Positions 28,226 to 36,955 of a stretch of DNA of 64,000 bases are shown here, piece after piece; position 1 is the stretch's first letter; each line of letters opens with the position of its first letter. The DNA comes from Chthoniobacterales bacterium. GTDB lineage: Bacteria; Verrucomicrobiota; Verrucomicrobiia; Chthoniobacterales; Chthoniobacteraceae. The notes beneath the pieces are model-generated. The model had not been told where the DNA came from. It ran no database searches and was given only the letters and a program-made list of their open reading frames with translations. The position numbers were made by a program, and so were the translations under genes. Location: NCBI GenBank assembly GCA_038207335.1, contig JBBQZX010000003.1, forward strand, positions 128,001 through 192,000, read 5' to 3'.

Positions 28226-29668
28226 ATGAAAACGCCTCTCCCTGTCCTGCTCGCCACGATTGGTACAATCAGCCTCTCGGGCGCGCTAGCCATTGATTTC
28301 ACGAAGGATGTGCAGCCGATTTTGGAGGGGAATTGCGTGCGGTGTCACAATCCGAAAGGGACGGAATTTGAGAAAGGTGACACGGACCTCGACCTTTCGA
28401 CGCAGGCCACGGCGACGGAGTCCAAATCGACGATCGTCGCGGGTGATGCGTCGAAGAGTAAGCTCTACACGACGACGGTGCTGGGGGATGACGCGAAGAA
28501 GCTGATGCCGCCGAAGAACAAGGTCACGGGAGAGCTGGAGCGCTTGAGCAAAGAGGAGACGGAGACTTTGAAAAGCTGGATCAATGAAGGTGCAAAGTGG
28601 CCTGACGGTGTGACTTTGGTCGCCCGGAAAAAAGAGGTGAGCGGCAAAGGCGCGGGTGCGGAAGCGGCGCTGGTGATCGACATCGGCAAGAGGATCGAGA
28701 TGACTCCGGTGGTGGCGAGCGAGAAGGAGATGAAGTCGTATAAGCAAGTCATCGCGGGTTCCGACGTGAGCTACGAGATGCTGCCGATTCCGGGTGGAAA
28801 ATTCAAGATGGGCAGCCCCGATAGCGAGGTTGGGCACAACGCGGATGAGGCACCGGTGCATGAGGTGGAAATCTTGCCGTTCTGGATGGGGAAGTGCGAG
28901 GTGACTTGGAACGAATTCGAGCTTTTCATGTATCCGAATGAGGAGCGAAAGGCGCGCGAGACGAAGCTGCTGCCGAGCGAACTCAACGCGCTGACGGATG
29001 CGGTGACGCGGCCGACGCAGCCCTATGTCGAGATGAGCTTTGGGATGGGGAAGGATAACTACCCGGCGATCTCAATGACGCAGCACGCGGCTAACAAATA
29101 CTGCGAGTGGCTGAGCGCGAAGACCGGGCAGTTCTACCGTCTGCCGACCGAGGCGGAGTGGGAGTATGCGTGCCGTGCGGGGACCACGACGGCCTACTAC
29201 TGGGGCGACGACGCATCGAAAATCGGAGAGTATTGCTGGTGGGGGAAGAACGCGGATTTTAAGTATCAGAAAGTCGGTCAGAAGAAGCCCAACGCATGGG
29301 GACTGCACGACATGCTGGGCAATGTGGTCGAGTGGTGCATCGACCAATATGAGCCGAATTTCTACGCCAACTCTCCTGCGGTGAATCCGTGGAATAAGGC
29401 GACGAAGCCTTACCCGCACGTGGCGCGCGGAGGTTCATGGGACGATGACGATGCCGCGAAGCTGCGCTCGGCTGCAAGACGCGCATCGGACAAGACTTGG
29501 AAGATTCAGGATCCGCAACTCCCGAAGAGCATCTGGTATCACACGGATGCGCAGTTCCTAGGCTTCCGAATCGTGCGCCCGCTCCGCCCGGCGACGCCAG
29601 CTGAAATGCAGGCCTACTGGAACAGCGGCGTCGAGAAGGACAATCCCGGGCTGAACAAGGCGGAGTAA
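28226..29668 (+). CDS. Planctomycete-type cytochrome c fused to formylglycine-generating-enzyme-like (SUMF1) domain
   Basis: Signal peptide, DF..DVQPILE.NCVRCH heme motif, RLPTEAEWEYACRAG, PNAWGLHDMLGNVVEW, RGGSW, GFR. Confidence 0.9.
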   Translation: MKTPLPVLLATIGTISLSGALAIDFTKDVQPILEGNCVRCHNPKGTEFEKGDTDLDLSTQATATESKSTIVAGDASKSKLYTTTVLGDDAKKLMPPKNKVTGELERLSKEETETLKSWINEGAKWPDGVTLVARKKEVSGKGAGAEAALVIDIGKRIEMTPVVASEKEMKSYKQVIAGSDVSYEMLPIPGGKFKMGSPDSEVGHNADEAPVHEVEILPFWMGKCEVTWNEFELFMYPNEERKARETKLLPSELNALTDAVTRPTQPYVEMSFGMGKDNYPAISMTQHAANKYCEWLSAKTGQFYRLPTEAEWEYACRAGTTTAYYWGDDASKIGEYCWWGKNADFKYQKVGQKKPNAWGLHDMLGNVVEWCIDQYEPNFYANSPAVNPWNKATKPYPHVARGGSWDDDDAAKLRSAARRASDKTWKIQDPQLPKSIWYHTDAQFLGFRIVRPLRPATPAEMQAYWNSGVEKDNPGLNKAE

Positions 29669-29717
29669 GTCCGCGCAAGAAAGCTAATTGGCGGCTTAAC
29701 GGGAAGGGTGCCGCGTC

Positions 29718-30974
29718 CTACCGATCGCACTCGCCCATGACGAAATCGAGCGAGCCGAGGATGGCGACGACGTCGCTCATCATGTGGCCGGGGAGGATTT
29801 CGCTGAGGATGCTGAGATTGCAGAAAGACGGGGCGCGGATTTTCAGCCGGTGCGGGGTGCCGCCGCCTTTGCTGTTGATGTAGAAGCCGAGTTCGCCTTT
29901 CGGATTTTCCGCGCCGAAATAAATCTCGCCGGGCGGCACGTCGGGCCCCTCGGTGTGGATGATGAAATGGTGGATGAGCTCCTCCATTTTCGTGAGGACG
30001 GTGGTCTTCGGCGGCGCGAAATTTTTGGCGTCATCGACGTTGATCGGGCCGCCGGGGAGCCTGTCGAGAGCTTGCTCGAGGATGCGGACGGACTGCCGCA
30101 TTTCCTCCATGCGGACGAGGTATCGGTCGTAGCTGTCGCCAGCGCTGCCGATGGGAATGTCAAAGTCGTATTGCTCGTAGCCGAGATACGGGTGTTTTTT
30201 CCGCAGGTCGTGATCGACGCCGGAGCCGCGCAGATTCGGCCCGGAGAGGCCGAAGTCGACGGCCTGCTCTTTGGTGATGATACCGACGTCTTTGGTTCGA
30301 TCCACGAAGATGCGGTTGCGGCTGAGGAGGTTGTCGGTCTCGTCGATGACCGGGACGAATTCGCGCAGGAACTGGCGCAAGCCGGCGATGAATTGCTCGG
30401 AGATGTCCCGGATTTGGCCCCCGACACGCGTGTAGCTGGTCGTGAAGCGCGCGCCGGTGAGCAGCTCGCACAGGTTGTAGATTTTCTCGCGCTCGTTGAA
30501 GGTGTACATGAACACCGTGAGCGCGCCGGTATCCATGGCAAAAGCGCCGAGGCCGAGCAGGTGCGCGGAGATGCGCGACATTTCGCAGCAGATGACGCGG
30601 ATGGCCTGGCCGCGCGGCGGGATCGTCCACCCCATGAGCTTCTCGACGGCGAGGGCGTAGGCGACGTTGTTCGCGAGCGGGGCGAGGTAGTCGAGTCGGT
30701 CCGTGTAGGGCACGAACTGGTTGTAGTGCATGTTCTCCGCGATCTTTTCGTCGCCGCGATGCAGGTATCCGATGTCGGGAGTGGCCTTGGTGATGATCTC
30801 GCCATCCATCTCGAGCACGAGCCGGAGCACGCCGTGCGTGGCGGGGTGCGACGGGCCCATATTGAGGATGAGCTTTTCGCCGAGCATGTCCGTGGTGTGG
30901 CCGGAGTTTTCGAGGCCAGTCTGGATGCGGGCGAGCGTGTCGGGCGCTTCGATTTCTTGAGTGGTGAGAGCCAT
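29718..30974 (-). CDS. nuoD: NADH-quinone oxidoreductase subunit D
   Basis: NMGPSHPATHGVLRL, GYLHRG.EK, DRLDY, ENPKGELGFY, DFVMGECDR. Start ATG 30974. Confidence 0.96.
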   Translation of the reverse strand: MALTTQEIEAPDTLARIQTGLENSGHTTDMLGEKLILNMGPSHPATHGVLRLVLEMDGEIITKATPDIGYLHRGDEKIAENMHYNQFVPYTDRLDYLAPLANNVAYALAVEKLMGWTIPPRGQAIRVICCEMSRISAHLLGLGAFAMDTGALTVFMYTFNEREKIYNLCELLTGARFTTSYTRVGGQIRDISEQFIAGLRQFLREFVPVIDETDNLLSRNRIFVDRTKDVGIITKEQAVDFGLSGPNLRGSGVDHDLRKKHPYLGYEQYDFDIPIGSAGDSYDRYLVRMEEMRQSVRILEQALDRLPGGPINVDDAKNFAPPKTTVLTKMEELIHHFIIHTEGPDVPPGEIYFGAENPKGELGFYINSKGGGTPHRLKIRAPSFCNLSILSEILPGHMMSDVVAILGSLDFVMGECDR

Positions 30975-31002
30975 GTGGAGCGGCGCGAATGCGCGGTGGT
31001 GC

Positions 31003-31032
31003 AAGGTAGTTTTCGCGAAAGAACCCGCGCAA
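31003..31032 (-). promoter_or_regulatory. Putative promoter of nuoD
   Basis: Minus strand TTGCGC-N18-TACCTT. Confidence 0.4.
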
Positions 31033-31038
31033 GGGATT

Positions 31039-31056
31039 TTGTGAAAGATTTCACAA
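31039..31056. promoter_or_regulatory. Rex-type operator
   Basis: TTGTGAA-AGAT-TTCACAA, exact match to the Rex consensus TTGTGAA-N4-TTCACAA, between divergent nuoD and hydrolase genes. Confidence 0.7.
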
Positions 31057-31083
31057 GCGCGGTTTTTGGAGTAGATCGGCGGG

Positions 31084-31965
31084 ATGAAAATTCTCTCTCT
31101 TCTGTTCCTCGCCGTTTGCCTCGCAGGCGGGAGAGCTGTCGCTGTCGAAAGTGCGGATCATTCGGATTCCGCCGAGATCGTTTTGTGGCCGGGTGGCGCG
31201 CCGGGTTCGGAGGGGAAGACGGAGCCGGAGAAAGTGGTCACGTCAGCGAGCGGCGAGCGCACGGTTTCGTCGATTCACAAGCCGTCGATCACGCCATTCT
31301 TGCCTGCGAGAGGGAAGGCGAATGGCGCGGCGGTGCTGGTGATTCCGGGCGGAGGGCACAGCAAATTGTGCGTGGACCACGAGGGGTGCAATGTGGCGCG
31401 GTGGCTGGCGGAGCGGGGGATCGCGGCATTTGTGCTGAAGCATCGGCTCGCGCGTGAGGAAGGCTCGACTTACACAATCGAGGGCCACGCGCTGGCCGAC
31501 ACGCAGCGTGCGATGCGGCTGATCCGGTCGCGCGCGGGCGAGTGGGGGATCGATCCCGCGCGGCTGGGAGCGATCGGATTTTCCGCGGGCGGCGAACTCG
31601 TGGCGCTCGCCGCGATGCGCCCGGGCGAGGGGAGCGCGGATGCCGCGGACGCGATCGATCGGCTGAATGCGCGGCCTGCATTCCAAGCGCTGATCTATCC
31701 GGGGCGCTCCGGCGACATTCAGCCGGAAAAGGGCACGCCGCCCGCTTTCCTGGCGTGCTCGACGAATGATCGTAAAGACATCTCGGAGGGACTCGCCGAG
31801 GCTTATTTGCGTTTCAAGCGGGTCGGTGCATCCGCGGAGTTGCACGTCTATGCGACTGGTGGTCACGGCTTTGGACTGCGCGCGGGCATGACCGGACCGC
31901 TCGCCGGTTGGCCGGATCGCTTTTTGGAGTGGCTGGACAGCCAGCACTTTCTCGCTGCGAAATAG
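31084..31965 (+). CDS. Secreted alpha/beta hydrolase (acetyl-esterase-like)
   Basis: LWPGGAPG, VIPGGGH, IGFSAGG nucleophile elbow, GGHGFG. Confidence 0.9.
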   Translation: MKILSLLFLAVCLAGGRAVAVESADHSDSAEIVLWPGGAPGSEGKTEPEKVVTSASGERTVSSIHKPSITPFLPARGKANGAAVLVIPGGGHSKLCVDHEGCNVARWLAERGIAAFVLKHRLAREEGSTYTIEGHALADTQRAMRLIRSRAGEWGIDPARLGAIGFSAGGELVALAAMRPGEGSADAADAIDRLNARPAFQALIYPGRSGDIQPEKGTPPAFLACSTNDRKDISEGLAEAYLRFKRVGASAELHVYATGGHGFGLRAGMTGPLAGWPDRFLEWLDSQHFLAAK

Positions 31966-32014
31966 GCGTTGCGAGTTGAGCGGTTGGACGCGTTACACTT
32001 CAGAAAAACCAGCC

Positions 32015-32422
32015 ATGACCGAGCCTGAAACACCACTCACTGCACCAGCGCGCGGCGTAGAGCACGCGGGTGTCATCGACGCTCTCACGCACGATCCGGC
32101 GACTGGCATCGTCACGCTGCTCATGGTGGAGTCGAGGCCATGGGACGGGTCCGAACTGCAGCTTTTTCAGCTCCAGGAAAAGCTGAACGCCTACCTTTCT
32201 TTCGCGCTCGATGGCGAAATGGACGATGCCTACCCGGCGCTCGTCGGCAAGCCGCTGCTCATCCAACTCGACTGCGCGACCACGCCCGATGCGATGACGC
32301 GCAGCCTGTTGAAAATGGTGCGCGACCAAATCGCATTCCAAGGCATCGATCTGCAAGTCCGCGCCGCTGCGTCTGGCTCGGAAAGCTGCGGCACTGGCTG
32401 CGGCTGCGCAAAGCCAGAGTAA
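32015..32422 (+). CDS. Hypothetical protein (DUF6572-like) with Cys-rich tail
   Basis: GVEHAGVID, LQEKLNAYLSF..DG....YP, C-terminal CGTGCGC. Confidence 0.65.
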   Translation: MTEPETPLTAPARGVEHAGVIDALTHDPATGIVTLLMVESRPWDGSELQLFQLQEKLNAYLSFALDGEMDDAYPALVGKPLLIQLDCATTPDAMTRSLLKMVRDQIAFQGIDLQVRAAASGSESCGTGCGCAKPE

Positions 32423-32424
32423 TT

Positions 32425-32473
32425 GGGATCGCCGATCCCGGCTACAGCGGACGGAATCGTTGATCCCGGCGAC
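32425..32473 (-). repeat. Two tandem GTAG-type REP copies
   Basis: GGGATCGCCGATCCCGGCTAC (32425-32445) and degenerate CGGAATCGTTGATCCCGGCGAC (32452-32473) between convergent genes. Confidence 0.75.
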
Positions 32474-32475
32474 AA

Positions 32476-33504
32476 CTATTTTGCGTGCGACTGCTCGATG
32501 TGCGCTTTCAGCAAATCGCCGCCGAAGTCGTGCTCGAGGTCGCGCCAGATGCTGTGGACATGGTTCGCGTCGTTTTGCGTGTTGTCGTATTCAAGGATGA
32601 ACGTCTTTCCCTGCACGCGGTAGTAGTGCGGCTCGCCCCGCTCCAACCCGCCCGCCCACGCGAAGTCGATGTTCGCCAAGCCGCTCTTCTCGATTTTCGC
32701 CCACTCGTTCGCTGCCACATCGGGCCGATGCCGGTCGAGATACAACTTGATCAGCGTCTCGAGCGTCGTCCTTTGCTCCGCCGTCAGCGCGCTTTGCGCC
32801 ACACCTTCCGGGTGCGTCATGTCCGTCCGCTTTGGGTCGTTGATGATCTCTTTCGGCGTCTCGATTTGTAAAATCGCGGCTTTCTTTTGCTCAGCGTTCA
32901 GCGACTTCACGAGCGCGCGTCCGAGGTCTTCTTCTTCGCCGAGAATGCGCGTCCCGGCACGCGGCCCCTCGCGGACTTCGCCTGGATTCGTGCCGAAAAA
33001 GGACGGCGTCATCGCGGGCAGAGCATCGTCAGCAGCCGTGAAATTCAGCGACAGATGATGCCCCTCCAACCGCCAGCCCCAAGGCTCCTTCGTCCCCGGT
33101 TCGCCGAAGATCGACACAAAATACATCTCCGGGTCGCGCACCGCGCCGCCGGTTTTCCCCTTCTCCATTTCCTTCAAAACGGCCTCCAAGCTCATGATCG
33201 ACATCGCCTTGCTGTAGCCTGTGTGGCTCAGTCCCGTCGCGAGCAGCGCCTCTGCCAGCAGCCGCTGCTCCGGCGTCATTTCCTTCAGCGGCAGGCCTTT
33301 CCGCGCCCGCGGGATGAAGTGCCAATTCGAACGCTCCTCGTTCGTCATTTCGAAGCACGCCTTCGCCTTCTGCTCGGGCGTCAGCGTCACGAGAAAATTA
33401 TGCGCCGCCTGCGCCATCTCCCAAGTCGCGTCATGAGCGAGTAGCGGTGATGCGGAGAGGGTAAAAGCGAGAGCGGCGGCGAGGAGGCGGGTCATGGTGG
33501 GCAT
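32476..33504 (-). CDS. Secreted DUF3500 family protein
   Basis: ER..WHFIP..RKGL, WGWRLEGHHLSLNF, HYYRVQG..F..EYDNTQNDANHVHSIWRD..DFG. Confidence 0.9.
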   Translation of the reverse strand: MPTMTRLLAAALAFTLSASPLLAHDATWEMAQAAHNFLVTLTPEQKAKACFEMTNEERSNWHFIPRARKGLPLKEMTPEQRLLAEALLATGLSHTGYSKAMSIMSLEAVLKEMEKGKTGGAVRDPEMYFVSIFGEPGTKEPWGWRLEGHHLSLNFTAADDALPAMTPSFFGTNPGEVREGPRAGTRILGEEEDLGRALVKSLNAEQKKAAILQIETPKEIINDPKRTDMTHPEGVAQSALTAEQRTTLETLIKLYLDRHRPDVAANEWAKIEKSGLANIDFAWAGGLERGEPHYYRVQGKTFILEYDNTQNDANHVHSIWRDLEHDFGGDLLKAHIEQSHAK

Positions 33505-33617
33505 TGGGAGAGGCAGAGAAAAGCGCGAAACAGCGCGCGTCGGCAAGCTCCCAAATTGTCTGCTTCGTCAGTGCTCCAGACGCCCACCCGCGCCTGTGCC
33601 GCAGCGCGCGGAGGTTC

Positions 33618-33776
33618 TTAGCACAGCGCGCCGATGACGGGGCATCGCGGCACGAGCATTTCCCTCGCGAGCATCTCCACGCGTTGCGATTCCCACAACT
33701 CCCGAGCTTCCTTAAAGTCGATGGCGTGCTTGAGCTTGTTGCTCGCGCTTTTTGCGGGATCGAATTCAAACTCTAT
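33618..33776 (-). pseudogene. Degenerate BrnT-family toxin remnant
   Basis: (I)EFEFDPAKSASNKLKHAIDFKEARELW...PRCPVIG then a stop. ATA where the start Met is expected. C-terminal RIISAR-type motif and antitoxin absent. Confidence 0.7.
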
Positions 33777-33827
33777 TCCATCGAGCTCTAGACCCGGCTT
33801 TCTCATCCGCTTCAATTCAAAACCTTC

Positions 33828-34112
33828 ATGCCCCAGCTCCAGACCAATACTGACTCCGGCGCGCTGACGCCCGTGTTCATCCAGTTCGTCATGATGCAGC
33901 AGCAGCAGGCGCTGCTCGCGATGGGACGGCATCCCTCGGCGTCTGCGGGGGCTGCGCCCAAAAACCTGACGCTCGCCAAAGTGTTCATCGAGCAGCTCGC
34001 CATGATTCGCGAGAAGACCTCCGGAAACCTTACCGCCAGCGAGACGCAAATCCTCGAAAGCGCGCTCGCCAGCCTGCAGGACGCATACGTCCAGGCGAGG
34101 AAAAGCGCGTAG
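33828..34112 (+). CDS. DUF1844 family protein
   Basis: ALLAMG, NL..AK..IEQL.M..EKT.GNL...E...L...LQ..YV. Confidence 0.85.
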   Translation: MPQLQTNTDSGALTPVFIQFVMMQQQQALLAMGRHPSASAGAAPKNLTLAKVFIEQLAMIREKTSGNLTASETQILESALASLQDAYVQARKSA

Positions 34113-34175
34113 TCGGCCCGGCGCAAAACTCCGTTGCGGGAGCGAGCGGCGGCTGTAGTCTTCGCGCCCTTTTTT

Positions 34176-36914
34176 ATGAGCAACAAAGCGCCAGTGCCGG
34201 GTCAACGATGGGTCAGCGACAGCGAGCCAGAGCTCGGGCTCGGCATCGTGCTGAAGGCCGAGTTTGGGCGCGTCGAACTGCACTTCCCGGCGGCAAATGA
34301 GCAGCGGCAATACGCGCTGAAGACCGCGCCTCTGCGGCGCGTAGAATTCAAGGACGGCGACCGCATCAAGCTTCACTCCGGTGAGGATCTCGCGGTCGAT
34401 TCGGTGGAAGAGCGCGCCGGACTGTTTTTCTATCGCTGCGGGAAACGCGAAGTCGCCGAGGCGGAACTCTCAGACACCATCAGTTTCAGCAAGCCGGAGG
34501 AGCGTTTGCTCGCGGGGCAGGTGGATGATTTGAACACCTTCGACCTGCGCGTCGCCGCGCTACACCGGCGCAGCGAGATCGCGCAATCGCCCGTGCGCGG
34601 CTTCGTCGGCGGGCGCGTCGATCTGCTGACGCATCAGATGTTCATCGCCCGCGAAGTGGCTTCCCGCCTTGTTCCGCGCGTCCTGCTCGCCGACGAAGTC
34701 GGTCTTGGAAAGACCATCGAGGCCGGCCTTATCCTGACGCGGCTGCACCTCACCGGACGCGCCGGGCGCGTGCTCATTCTCGTGCCGGAGCCGCTCATTC
34801 ATCAGTGGTTTGTGGAGATGCTGCGGCGCTTCAACTTGCTCTTTAGTCTCTTCGACGAGGAGCGCTGCGCATCCATCGAGGCGGGCGACTCGGACGCCAA
34901 CCCCTTCCTCGACAGCCAGCTCGTCATTTGCAGCATCGCGTTCCTTTCCGAGAGCCGCGAACGCGCCTCGCAAGTCCTAGCAGCCGGTTGGGATTTGCTC
35001 GTGTGCGACGAGGCGCATCACCTCGAGTGGAGCGTGGAAAATGCGAGCCCGCAGTATCGTCTCGTCGAGGCGCTCGCAGCTCGCACGCCGGGTCTGCTTT
35101 TGCTCACGGCCACGCCGCAGCAGCTCGGGCCGGAGGGGCATTTTGCACGGCTCCGGCTGCTCGATCCAGAGCGCTACGGGAGCCTCGCGAGCTTCCTGGA
35201 GGAGTCGGAAAAATACGAGCAAGTCGCCGCCACGGTCGATCGCCTGCTGGCGGGGAAACCGCTTGGTAAGAAGGATCGCGAGCTTTTCACAAAAAACTCA
35301 GCGCGCGTCCGCAAGCTCGCGGACGAACTCGCCGCCGGCGACGAATCCGCCCGCGCGCGCCTCGTCGCTGGGCTCGTCGATGAGTTCGGCACCGGGCGCG
35401 TGATGTTCCGCAACACCCGCGCGGCGCTCGCCGGATTTCCGGAACGCAAAGCGCATCTCCTCCCGCTGGAAGTCGGGAAGACCGGCCTTCTCGATGCGAA
35501 AGTGAAGTGGCTCGTCGGCTTGCTCAAAGAACTGCGCGAGGAAAAAGTCCTCCTCATCTGTCGCACGCGGGAGATGGCGGAGGACATCTACGCTCGACTT
35601 CAGCGCGAGCTGAATGTGAAGACCGCGCTCTTCCACGAGGGCCTCACGCTCCTCCAGCGCGACCGCAACGCCGCGTTTTTTTCCGAGGTCGAGGGCGCGC
35701 GAATCCTCATCTGCTCGGAGATCGGCAGCGAGGGGCGCAACTTCCAGTTCGCTCATCACCTCGTCCTTTTCGACCTGCCGGAAGACCCCGAGTTGCTGGA
35801 GCAGCGCATCGGTCGCCTCGACCGCATCGGCCAGACCGCGCTCATTCAAATCCACGTTCCGTATTTTCCCGGCACCGAGTCCGAAGTCATGGCGCGTTGG
35901 TACCACGAGGGGCTCGGCGCTTTTGAAAAGAATCTGCACGGTGCCGCGGAGATCGTCGCGCAGCTCGCGCCGGACCTCGCCGCGCTGCTCGCGAAGCAAG
36001 ATGCGAAGCGACTCGCCGCGTTCATCGCCCGCTCCAACGAGCTCCGCGCAAGCATCGGCAAAAAGCTCGAGCGCGGACACGACCGACTGCTTGAGCTGAA
36101 CTCCTGCCGCCCTGAGCGCGCCGCCGGGATCATCGAGAAAATACGCGAACTCGACGCATCGCCCGCGCTCGAAAATTTCGCCACCGAGCTCTTCGACCAC
36201 TTCGGGGTGCAGGTGGATGAGCTCGGCAGCCGCACGATTCTCCTGAAGCCCGGCCACCTCATCACCGACGCCTTCCCTGCACTCCCGGAAGAGGGCATTT
36301 CCGTCACCCTCGACCGCCCGCGCGCGCTCAGCCGCGAGGACCTCGGCTTCCTGAGCTGGGATCACCCGATCCTCCGCGCCGCGCTCGATCTGCTGCTCGG
36401 GGGCGAAGCGGGCAACGCCGCATTCGGTGTCTGGAAGACGCCTGGAAAAGACGCAGTGCTGCTGGAAATCTACGCACTCGCGGAGTGCGTCGCGCCCGCT
36501 TCGCTGCACGTCGATCGGTTCCTCCCGGCGACGCCGCTGCGGATCGTGGTCGATCACGCACTCGCCGATCTTAGCGACGATGCCGAACTCGCCGGCGCGA
36601 CTTTGGAAAAGGGCAACGTCTTTCACCTGCTCGACAAAGGCCCCGTGAAGAAAAAAGTGCTCCCCGCCATGCTGGCAAAAGCGCAGGAACTGGCCGCGGT
36701 GAAAATGGCCGTGCTGGTGGAAGCCGCCGAATCCCGGATGCGAGTGCAGCTTCAAGACGAGATCGACCGCCTGGAAGCGCTTGCGGAAGTCAACGACCAC
36801 GTCCGCCCATCCGAAATCGCCGCCGCGAAAAAGCAAAAGTCCGACCTTCATGACGCGATCACGGCCGCCCGACTCCGGCTCGATGCTGTGCGGCTGATCC
36901 TCCGGATTCCGTAG
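34176..36914 (+). CDS. rapA: RNA polymerase-associated SNF2 ATPase RapA/HepA
   Basis: GQRWVSDSEPELGLG, LLADEVGLGKTIEAG, DEAHH, LLLTATPQQLG, CSEIGSEGRNFQFAHH, EQRIGRLDRIGQ. Confidence 0.96.
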   Translation: MSNKAPVPGQRWVSDSEPELGLGIVLKAEFGRVELHFPAANEQRQYALKTAPLRRVEFKDGDRIKLHSGEDLAVDSVEERAGLFFYRCGKREVAEAELSDTISFSKPEERLLAGQVDDLNTFDLRVAALHRRSEIAQSPVRGFVGGRVDLLTHQMFIAREVASRLVPRVLLADEVGLGKTIEAGLILTRLHLTGRAGRVLILVPEPLIHQWFVEMLRRFNLLFSLFDEERCASIEAGDSDANPFLDSQLVICSIAFLSESRERASQVLAAGWDLLVCDEAHHLEWSVENASPQYRLVEALAARTPGLLLLTATPQQLGPEGHFARLRLLDPERYGSLASFLEESEKYEQVAATVDRLLAGKPLGKKDRELFTKNSARVRKLADELAAGDESARARLVAGLVDEFGTGRVMFRNTRAALAGFPERKAHLLPLEVGKTGLLDAKVKWLVGLLKELREEKVLLICRTREMAEDIYARLQRELNVKTALFHEGLTLLQRDRNAAFFSEVEGARILICSEIGSEGRNFQFAHHLVLFDLPEDPELLEQRIGRLDRIGQTALIQIHVPYFPGTESEVMARWYHEGLGAFEKNLHGAAEIVAQLAPDLAALLAKQDAKRLAAFIARSNELRASIGKKLERGHDRLLELNSCRPERAAGIIEKIRELDASPALENFATELFDHFGVQVDELGSRTILLKPGHLITDAFPALPEEGISVTLDRPRALSREDLGFLSWDHPILRAALDLLLGGEAGNAAFGVWKTPGKDAVLLEIYALAECVAPASLHVDRFLPATPLRIVVDHALADLSDDAELAGATLEKGNVFHLLDKGPVKKKVLPAMLAKAQELAAVKMAVLVEAAESRMRVQLQDEIDRLEALAEVNDHVRPSEIAAAKKQKSDLHDAITAARLRLDAVRLILRIP

Positions 36915-36955
36915 CCCACGGAGCTTCAGTAATTCGCGGTTCAAACTTCCCGTCC

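Noticed and set aside
29784..31457. Several long overlapping ORFs around nuoD (557, 403 and 290 aa)
   Set aside because: GC-rich alternative-frame shadows with biased Arg/Ser/Ala composition
33777..34376. Upstream part of the 252-aa ORF 33618-34376
   Set aside because: Antisense to DUF1844 and rapA. Only the last ~52 codons resemble BrnT
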